From NCBI GenBank assembly GCA_025786725.1, contig JAHLTZ010000013.1, positions 434,001 to 498,000 on the forward strand: a DNA stretch of 64,000 nucleotides, given 5' to 3'. The position numbers and the translations under genes were made by a program. Below the pieces are notes generated by a model. That model was not told where the DNA came from. It ran no database searches and saw nothing but the letters and a program-made list of their open reading frames with translations. This stretch comes from Syncephalis fuscata S228 (lineage: Eukaryota > Fungi > Zoopagomycota). Shown here piece after piece: positions 38,775-49,219 of this stretch (position 1 is its first letter; the number at the start of each line of letters is the position of its first letter).

Positions 38775-41527
38775 AAGCAAAATAACTTGGTCGTGCTATA
38801 TTTGACCATTTGCTGTGTATAAATGTTGATGATTAGCTGTAGTCTAGTTTATTTAACATGTAAACAATTAAGATTTATTTGTATTTGGTCAATCCACCTA
38901 TTTTCATTTAGACACACCTGCGCTGTTCATTTTATCTGTGATGGTCTGTGTGCGCACTTGCTTTTTGTGATGGTTTCAAGAGCGCACTTGCTTTTTGTGA
39001 TGGTTTCAAGAGCGCACTTGCTTTTTGTGGTGGTTTCAAGAGCGCACTTGCTTTTTGTGGTGGTTTCAAGAGCGCACTTGCTTTTTGTGGTGGTTTCAAG
39101 AGCGCACTTGCTTGCTGTGGTGATCTTGTGTGCGCCTCATGTTCACCATAACCATTCAGCTTTATTTGCTTCCACCTAGTTGGCTAGCAAAACAACTTAT
39201 CACGTTTATTTACAACATTCCACATACATAATTGTGGTTAACAAAAAACATAATAAATAGCCATTCACAAATAAATATAGCACAATTTGGTGTTTGTAAA
39301 ATCGATAGAAACATAAAAACAAATGCTATCTGAAGCAAAATAACTTGGTCGTGCTATATTTGACCATTTGCTGTGTATAAATGTTGATGATTAGCTGTAG
39401 TCTAGTTTATTTAACATGTAAACAATTAAGATTTATTTGTATTTGGTCAATCCACCTATTTTCATTTAGACACACCTGCGCTGTTCATTTTATCTGTGAT
39501 GGTCTGTGTGCGCACTTGCTTTTTGTGATGGTTTCAAGAGCGCATTTGCTTTTTGTGGTGGTTTCAAGAGCGCACTTGCTTTTTGTGATGGTTTCAAGAG
39601 CGCACTTGCTTTTTGTGGTGGTTTCAAGAGCGCACTTGCTTTTTGTGATGGTTTCAAGAGCGCACTTGCTTTTTGTGGTGGTTTCAAGAGCGCACTTGCT
39701 TTTTGTGGTGGTTTCAAGAGCGCACTTGCTTGCTGTGGTGATCTTGTGTGCGCCTCATGTTCACCATAACCATTCAGCTTTATTTGCTTCCACCCAGTTG
39801 GCCAGCAAAACAACTTATCACGTTTATTTACAACATTCCACGTACATAATTGTGGTTAACAAACAACATAATAAATAGCCATTCACAAATAAATATAGCA
39901 CAATTTGGTGTTTGTAAAATCGATAGAAACATAAAAACAAATGCTATCTGAAGCAAAATAACTTGGTCGTGCTATATTTGACCATTTGCTGTGTATAAAT
40001 GTTGATGATTAGCTGTAGTCTAGTTTATTTAACATGTAAACAATTAAGATTTATTTGTATTTGGTCAATCCACCTATTTTCATTTAGACACACCTGCGCT
40101 GTTCATTTTATCTGTGATGGTCTGTGTGCGCACTTGCTTTTTGTGATGGTTTCAAGAGCGCACTTGCTTTTTGTGATGGTTTCAAGAGCGCACTTGCTTT
40201 TTGTGATGGTTTCAAGAGCGCACTTGCTTGCTGTGGTGATCTTGTGTGCGCCTCATGTTCACCATAACCATTCAGCTTTATTTGCTTCCACCTAGTTGGC
40301 CAGCAAAATTGTGCTATATTTATTTGTGAATGGCTATTTATTATGTTTTTTGTTAACCATAATTATGTATGTGGAATGTTGTAAATAAACGTGATAAGTT
40401 GTTTTGCTGGCCAACTGGGTGGAAGCAAATAAAGCTGAATGGTTATGGTGAACATGAGGCGCACACAAGATCACCACAAAAAGCAAGTGCGCTCTTGAAA
40501 CCACCACAAAAAGCAAGTGCGCTCTTGAAACCATCACAAAAAGCAAGTGCGCTCTTGAAACCACCACAAAAAGCAAGTGCGCTCTTGAAACCACCACAAA
40601 AAGCAAGTGCGCTCTTGAAACCATCACAAAAAGCAAGTGCGCTCTTGAAACCATCACAAAAAGCAAGTGCGCTCTTGAAACCACCACAAAAAGCAAGTGC
40701 GCTCTTGAAACCACCACAAAAAGCAAATGCGCTCTTGAAACCATCACAAAAAGCAAGTGCGCACACAGACCATCACAGATAAAATGAACAGCGCAGGTGT
40801 GTCTAAATGAAAATAGGTGGATTGACCAAATACAAATAAATCTTAATTGTTTACATGTTAAATAAACTAGACTACAGCTAATCATCAACATTTATACACA
40901 GCAAATGGTCAAATATAGCACGACCAAGTTATTTTGCTTCAGATAGCATTTGTTTTTATGTTTCTATCGATTTTACAAACACCAAATTGTGCTATATTTA
41001 TTTGTGAATGGCTATTTATTATGTTTTTTGTTAACCACAATTATGTACGTGGAATGTTGTAAATAAACGTGATAAGTTGTTTTGCTGGCCAACTGGGTGA
41101 AAGCAAATAAAACTGAATGGTTATGGTGAACATGAGGCGCACACAAGATCACCACAGCAAGCAAGTGCGCTCTTGAAACCACCACAAAAAGCAAGTGCGC
41201 TCTTGAAACCACCACAAAAAGCAAGTGCGCTCTTGAAACCACCACAAAAAGCAAGTGCGCTCTTGAAACCACCACAAAAAGCAAGTGCGCTCTTGAAACC
41301 ATCACAAAAAGCAAGTGCGCTCTTGAAACCATCACAAAAAGCAAGTGCGCACACAGACCATCACAGATAAAATGAACAGCGCAGGTGTGTCTAAATGAAA
41401 ATAGGTGGATTGACCAAATACAAATAAATCTTAATTGTTTACATGTTAAATAAACTAGACTACAGCTAATCATCAACATTTATACACAGCAAATGGTCAA
41501 ATATAGCACGACCAAGTTATTTTGCTT
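38775..41527. repeat. Head-to-head higher-order repeat: unit = 378 bp + n x 30-bp GCGCACTTGCTTTTTGTG(G/A)TGGTTTCAAGA
   Basis: Plus-strand units start at 38775, 39333 and 39951 (periods 558 = 378+6x30 and 618 = 378+8x30; third unit partial with 4 monomers). Minus-strand units start at 41527 and 40939 (period 588 = 378+7x30; inner unit has 10 monomers). Confidence 0.97.
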
Positions 41528-43719
41528 TAAACAATATGATTTGATGACAATGTATTACGTCAAGTCTGGACAGTCATTGGCAGATTTGCATTTATTTGGT
41601 GCACAATAAGTTTTTATTTTTTAAAATCGCTTAACGCGTATGATAACAGCAGCAAGTAGCTAGAAGTGAATTTATCGAATGCATATTTATTTTATTTTTC
41701 AAAACGTACGGCTATAAATAAATATAAACAAATAACTAGTAAATACACACACATATATATATATATATAATTACCAAATGTATACCGTCTATTTGATCTA
41801 CAGTGATAATGTTGTTTTACTTATATTTATATCATTAACAAGATAATGAAGTTCGTTTATGACATTGAAAGCTTTTATTATAAAATCACCATATCTGGCC
41901 GGCAATTGCAACTATAAAGCACTACTGCCATACAACGTATTGACGATTTTTTGCTTGTAACGACTGGTCTATTCGTAGTATCTTTATGCGCAACGCGTCA
42001 TTTAGTTACTTGAACCATATTAAAATGTCATTATCTTACCTAAAATACTAAAGCAAGTTACACTCAATACAATTACGTCCACGTTACCATTTTAATGATA
42101 ACATCAGTGGTTTATTTGACCAGCTATCCCATCTAGTTCTGCCATTGTTTTTAAATTGATATTAAACATTTTATTAATCAAACATTTTTGTATTTAGAAT
42201 CAAATGAATACATTAGTAACATTCGCGCAGTTGAGCTAAACTTTTTTTTTGGTCAATATAAAGACAGGCGATGAGTAGCACCAATCATCAAACCATCAAA
42301 TTATAAGTTTATTATCCTGTATACATAGATGTATTCATTCATATTACTATCATTGTACATTTATACAAACATATAGTATTTCATCATATATTAGCCAACT
42401 TTATTCAAAATTATTGTCCGTTTGGAAATAACTCCATTATTTGTGAATTCAACTCATTTCATTCATTAAGCTAAAATGCATTATTGTTTCAACAACGTCA
42501 TTTATGTCTTATCTAAAACATAAAGAGTGAGCAAATAGAAGCAAGATTTACAACGAATAAAGCTAGTGGCAAACGAACAACAGTGTTGAATAGAATGTGA
42601 TTATTAGAACATGCAACGATATAGAATAAAACAAATAGACAATAAGAGTGTATAGATAATGATGTTGAGACTGTGGTGTATATAACCTAATGAGCAAATG
42701 ACTCGAAATTCATAATGAATATAGTTAGCAATAAATAGACAGCTTTTATTAGCGACTTTTGGCTATTAGATGACATAATAATCCATGATACTGAACACAA
42801 TGGCAAAATACAAACAGCGATGTTAAAGCTGTAGCGCATATTGCCCATTGAACAAATGAGTAAACAATCACAGTTAGTAGAGCTAGAATTAAACAGACAA
42901 CATGTTTGAACAAAGTGTAGCAGTTATATGGTAGAGCGATACACAATATACTTAGTATACAGTGGAAACTGTACGATTAGTAGTGTTGAAGTTACTGAGC
43001 ATATATGCATGAGCCAATGAGCGATTGAGCTGAAATTTACAAAAAAATAAAGCTAGCAGTAAAAGAACAACTGCAAGAGCTATCACACAGTTACAATATA
43101 GTATAATAACATACAATATACTGAATATGCAATATTGAGTGACGATTAGTCGTGTTAAAGTTACTGAGCATGTATGCATGATCAATGAGCAGAATTAGTC
43201 GGCATTTATAAATAATAAAGCTAGAACAAAAATAAAAATAGTTTTGGATAGAGCAAGGCTAGGCAAGTATAGAATAGTATATAAAATGATAAATGTACGG
43301 TGAGGAAACATATAAAATGCTGTTGACGTTATAGCGCATATAGTGCAATGAGGGGAATGAGTAGAGTGTGTTGAAACATATAAACAATAGAATGTGTCTA
43401 GTATATCATAAAAGGATATATAGTAGCGTGGAATGGAATAGAAATGATATATATGAATATTGGATATATGTGTATTGGATATGTGCATACTGAATAATGA
43501 ATCTACAACGATGAGTATTTGATGATTGATGTCATTCACCATCAACTAGCATGTTCAATAGATTAGATGCTATTAAATGTAGCCATTTGACCACCGGATC
43601 ATGTTAAATGGCAATAAATAAGACAGCAATAAATAAATCATTGGCACTATTATTAAAATAGTTGGTGTAGATGCAGTATTAAATGTAGCTACTTGTAATC
43701 TAGCCATTCAAGTATCAGT

Positions 43720-45450
43720 GACTTTAATTGAATACATGTACCAGTATTATAGTTTTATTAAACATAATAAGACCATTAGACAAACTAGTAATGGAGTCAC
43801 AGTGTTATGTTGATTCAGCAAACACCTCATGCGCTTCTTTATTAAATCTACCATTTCAATGTAATATATGTGTAATGCCCACCACCTCCCTCTTTATTAC
43901 CACCACTTCAATCAAACCAAAGCATTTAGCAGATGCGCAATAGCAATGCCAGTTAGTGTTGGGTAATATAAACCAGATAAGTATATGTCCCATTTAGAAT
44001 CCAGTCCAAACAATAGTACCAACGACAGTATACAGTATTGTTGTCGATGCTTGTGCCAACGAATTCTATAGTTGGTATTGTAAGTTGCATGCAAAATATT
44101 TGTGCCCGATAACAAATGCAGTCAGATATACTTGTCGATCCGGCACCAATGCTCGAATAGCTATAATAAAAGTGCGTTAGTATTGTTTAGTAGTAATAAG
44201 CACCTACATCTAGTTGATTGTTCCTTGCGTATAGTTTATAGCGTACATGAGTGCAGTTGTTTGTATATTGTTGTTAGTTGTTATACAAATAAACTAGAAA
44301 TGTTGTTAAAGTTGTTAAACAAGATAGCAGCTAATATAGCAACTATACGTCCACCTGGAGTACCGGCAATACTACGACTTGGGCGTAAGTAACATTTGTC
44401 GGATGCGTACGGCTCTATATTAGCTGCTATCTTGATGGCGATGCTGTTCAATAAATGTTACAAGATGCCATGGCAATTCAAGCGTAGCAATAAGCTGCAC
44501 CAAACTATGGATTCACCCATTTGTAGTTGATGTTTAGAGCTAAACACATGAACACCACAACATATTACAACTAAACAGCACATCACCATATACTGATATG
44601 TTATTAAATAATTGTAATATAGTAACCAGTCTACACTAAGACATTATCAGTAGTAGAGATGCCATTTGTTTTCGGCCGCTAGTCCTTGTTTATGTCAGTG
44701 TTGTAAAAATTAATAAAAACGGCAGTTGAAAACTAAAATGGTATGGCGACTAGTGTTCTATTACAATCGTTTAACAACACCCACAGGTAAACAGTGTAAT
44801 GCATGGTATTCAGTACGAATAAGCCACATATCACACCAGTCCAGTGTGCGATGATAGTATTCAGCAAGTTGAAGGCTATCAAACACACCTCCAGTGCACG
44901 TTCAATACAAGTGAGCACTAACATATAACCACCCATACAGGTCGCCGCATCAACATGAGGGGAGTGCACAGCAATACTGACTTGCTAAACACAGCACTGC
45001 ACACCCTGTTATCCCACATATCTCCGCACTATGCCAGTATACAGCTGCCTAGTACAGGCAACCATATAGTTGCTGAGCTAGTATAACACAATAGTCTGCA
45101 CTATTGTACTCTACATTCAACACAGCTCAAATGCATAACGCAGTATATCGTGATCAACCAACAAGGAGACCACTCACCACTGGATATAGCTACTAGAACA
45201 GATGCTTCCATTAACAAGCGGTTTATAGCATATTAACAACTAGAAACAAGAGAAAGTGAAGTAATGAGCAAAAGTACTCTCGGCGCAACCTTATAAACTT
45301 GGTCCAAAATATATCCACCAATTAGAATGGGCAATATTGGTAAAGAGTACATGGCGACTGTTCATTGGCATATTGCACCTGACTGGACCATTTTAGTGAG
45401 CAGCCACTATCTATAATACGCTATTTATGTTACTTGAATTGTATCCACTA
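43720..45450 (-). pseudogene. Degenerate MFS (MFSD1-like) transporter pseudogene
   Basis: Minus strand ~45250-45355 reads MYSLPILPILIGGYILDQV...RVLLLITSLSLV, resembling MFSD1 YS.PN....GG.LID. Further hydrophobic segments (ORFs 44733-44969, 43912-44115) are broken by many stops and frameshifts. Confidence 0.35.
44320..44434. repeat. Hairpin with perfect 20-bp arms
   Basis: caagatagcagctaatatag (44320-44339) / ctatattagctgctatcttg (44415-44434). Confidence 0.85.
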
Positions 45451-46244
45451 CTTTATCAGTATCATGTAGATATTATCTTATCAACATATCACTCTACATC
45501 CCTTCCTTTGTTCCACATTTGCTCGCTTTCGCCTTTTATATTTGTTAATTTTTTCTTACAAACTGTCATTTTTTAACTGGTGTCTATCACCATATTTTAT
45601 TAAATAAAATCATTAGAAAATGACAAAATACAATTGATGTTCAAAGGTACCAAATTGCAAAATGTAAATAATTTTGGTGTGAGCTGATGTTAACTATGAG
45701 TGCTATGATTCTTCAATGTAGAATGAACCGAATAGTTTTCAATTACTAAATATGATAATGATAATTAAAATAAATCAATGTAATCATAAATCATAGTAAT
45801 GTGTTACATTACCATGCTTCTGCCACCTGAACATTTTACTCATTACTAATTTCCTTTGATCTTTAGCCATTGACAATTGTACATGGCTAAACTAGCCTTC
45901 TCGTCTTTGCATTACTCGTCATGTACCGGTAAGTTAATTGTGTCAAACAGTTATCTATCATTGATTGACCATTTGCCAACTATATGTTGTATCACTCTAC
46001 AGTTAAACGCGCATTTTTTTCAGAATATGTAGCTAAATATTACTAAACCTTAGTGAATACTTTGTGTTCTCTACAAACACAAGTGATACATGTTGCCATA
46101 TTTTGATTCCGAATAAAAGTGAATAACTTTGTATTTATCATATAAAAAACCATGTTTTATTTTATATACTAACAAAACAACAACGATGGTTAGATTAGGA
46201 CGCAGAAATAGGATAATAATAAAGCACCATTATGTTTATCTGCG

Positions 46245-47558
46245 TTAATAAAGTAAAAGATTATTTAATCCTACTCGATACTCAGGATTGACTACCAAAA
46301 GCTCGTCTACATTACTACCAAGAGAGTGCATAGCTTGTACAACCGCTGGTTTCATGTTGATTGGAATGGTCGATTGCCAGTTATCAATACAGTATATATT
46401 TAAAAAACTTAAATATTCATAAATAGGCATTACCGACCATTGGCCCTGCCGATAATGGTAGCCAAATAGTGGTACTTTTGCAAAAACATGATACAACACA
46501 GAGCCTACTGCCCATGCGTCACGTTTAATAAGATTAACATATTTTTTAACCGTTGTCTCCGGTGCTTCAAAACCAATAGTACGAGTCAAAGGTTCATTGT
46601 CAATTAAATGCTCATCGCTAGAATCGTAACGTAATCCCACAGCATTGTCTAAATCAATAAGCATGATATGAACGTTATTGGGGTCTTCATCGTTTACCAT
46701 AATATCTAAAAGTATCAAGATAAAGTAAGATAATTGCTACAGACAATTTGGTATGAATAAGCGTAAACCTACTGGATGTGCTAATATCACCGTGAGATAC
46801 ACTGATGTCATGTAAGAAATTAACAGCTAATATGATAACATATAATAATTAGATGTGTTATGTTATAATTATATCTATTACCATGAACTATCTGCTTAAA
46901 TAAGCGCTTCATAACAGCTACGGCTGCTTGCAAATCGAGTCCCCTAGTAAACACATCTAACTTTTTGGTGCCACCATAGCTAAGCACCATACAATAATGG
47001 CTATTGACCCAGAAGCTATGCAGTCGTCTTACAATCCACTGGCTACCTTGATGGTTTGCATAGCTTGGATCTTTTTGTCGTTCATTTATATACTGTAGAA
47101 AGATATAGCAGTTGATTAATGCTTTTGTATAATTCATCAAATGGCATAGCAAAGCTTTTACTTACTTTAAGATATTCATTTTCTCTTATAAACCTTGTCT
47201 TCATGGACGAACATTTTAGAAACGCCTTTTTTTTCTGATAAAGCACATCAGCTGTGACTACAAACTCGCTTTGTGAGCCCCACTTGGTAATCACTAAATC
47301 ATCCTCAGAATACGGGCTTGGCGTGTTCACCTTTTCCTTAAACATAATTTCGTGTATGCTATCGACAGTATATATGCTAGAAAAACTTGAAGAAAGGCTT
47401 GGTACTGAAGATATAGATATACTTTTTTCTAATGCTACATCTTGTCTATTATCATTAGATGGTGATGTTGGTGATGGTAGAGCAGCAACAGGAGATTCAC
47501 ATATCTTTATAAGCAACAAAGTGCTCCATAAAATAAGTAAAAAACGTAAATATTTCAT
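46245..47558 (-). CDS. Signal-peptide-bearing protein kinase-like protein (4 exons)
   Basis: ATG 47558 MKYLRFLLILWSTLLLIKICESPVAALP (signal peptide-like). Kinase motifs KAFLKC, FIRE, FKQIVH|AVNFLHDISVSHGDISTS|NIMV, IMLIDLD, TIGFEAPE, KRDAWAVG, LL..NPEYR. Confidence 0.8.
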
Positions 47559-48575
47559 TGGGTAGAAATTTTTAACTTGATGTAGCATAAAAATAAAGTA
47601 TAAATATAATCTATTTGATGCTTTATATAATTTGACTAACAACGACTTGCACACATGCCATTGTATACTAAATAGCATAATAACATGTGGCGGTTTACAT
47701 TTATATACATCGCTAATCAAACTGGAATTTAAATTTATAAGAGTTGCTCAACTAGTGCTAATGCCAAAACGATAGCTATAATTAGAAATGCTCTATTACC
47801 ATATGCGTATTTTTTTTCGGATCTTATTCAAACAATACATATATTTGGCAATTTGTGTAGACTAGATAGTAATGGGGTATAACGCGTGCCATTTCAGCAC
47901 TAAAAGAGTATATAATTATACGCGGATTTCCATTTTGTATATTGATCGCTTGATTGAGATTTAAATTTATTAGTACCACTCACTTAGTGCTAATGATAAA
48001 ATAGCAATTATACAGCGTAATGCATACTCGACTCGTTTTATACATCTAAATTGGTATATAATCATCTACTATTTATATTTACAACATGTCAAATACTATA
48101 TTCCTACTTGATATTTAACGTACTTAACACGCATATGCTACACTCATAAATCAAGTTCAGCTTAGCTATTATGTATATTATATAGTTATAATTAACTAAT
48201 ATAATAAGCAAATATTACCCATATTAGTAGCATGTAACTAGTATTTATTATTATCATATTGTATATATACCCAACAGAAACGCACATAGCTACCACCAAA
48301 TAAACAACAGTAGCAATAAGATAAAGGTATAATATAGTGTAAATTGTGATATATTTTAATTAATTTTAATAATTAATAATGATATATACTAATTTATTTA
48401 ATTAAATACAAATAAAATGACTTTTTAAAATTAAAATACAAATGTTATATAAACAACTGTATTAAATTAATAGTAAACGCCCAAAGCTTAAGCTAAAATG
48501 TAATAATAGCCAAATTACGGAGTTTTAATTTGAGTTTTGAAATAAGTATGTAATTTTACCTTAAAAAATATCCGA

Positions 48576-48648
48576 GGGCGCATGGCCAAATGGATAAGGC
48601 GCCTGACTACGGATCAGGAGATTCCAGGTTCGAGTCCTGGTGTGCTCG
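48576..48648 (+). tRNA. tRNA-Arg (anticodon ACG), intronless
   Basis: Acceptor stem GGGCGCA/TGTGCTC; D arm with TGGCCAAATGGATAAGGC; anticodon arm CCTGA-CTACGGA-TCAGG; T arm CCAGG-TTCGAGT-CCTGG; T5 Pol III terminator at 48653-48657. Confidence 0.97.
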
Positions 48649-49219
48649 GATATTTTTGCTTCAGCAAACTTTTTACATTTTGCTATTTATTTTTACTCAG
48701 CCATTCAGCAAATACTTTTTTATTTAAAAAATCAACAATAGCGGCCTTACAAGAGCCAAATTTTAGCTGTACAAACACAATTGAATAATAAAACATTTAT
48801 TTATGTATATATTACTGTATTAAATATAATAAATACATATTTAAATGATTAATAGACAGTCAGGTTATATATAACACAAACCATCATAGCCTTTATTAAA
48901 TAAACAATTGCATAATAGCTTATTAATACTACTGTACTTTTAGATATAAACACTATACAGTATTATAAATAGGACTGTTTATTAATTAATCGTGTAACCA
49001 TTGTACAACAATCTATTATATACTTAATAAATACAAAATTACTTAATAAATCAATATATATTACATTACAACCAATATATAATAGCAATACTAATTTATT
49101 AAATAACTTTATATTATACCATTGACTGATAAACCATTCTTTATTTTCTTAATAGTTATTGATAATGGAATGTTGTAATGCACAAGTCTTGACTACTGTT
49201 GTTAATCCTACGACCGCCA

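Larger units (their letters stand above)
36802..43505. repeat. Giant inverted repeat (palindrome): arms 36802-40308 and 40402-43505, ~93-bp central spacer
   Basis: 41527-43505 is the near-identical reverse complement of 36802-38775; mirror ORFs 37122-37355 and 42952-43185 translate identically. Looser similarity extends to ~36710 and ~43595. Confidence 0.97.

Noticed and set aside
38823-41479. 10-aa-repeat ORFs (AHLLFVVVSR, SALAFCGGFK, LLKPPQKASA) as repeat-peptide or RiPP precursors
   Set aside because: A 30-bp unit keeps several frames open on both strands by chance. There are no Kex2 sites or convincing signal peptide, and starts and stops differ among copies. Not excluded without RNA-seq or Ribo-seq (one frame has an ATG directly after GTATAA).
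38775-41527. 30-bp repeats as a CRISPR array
   Set aside because: Monomers are directly adjacent with no unique spacers, there are no cas genes, and the context is eukaryotic.
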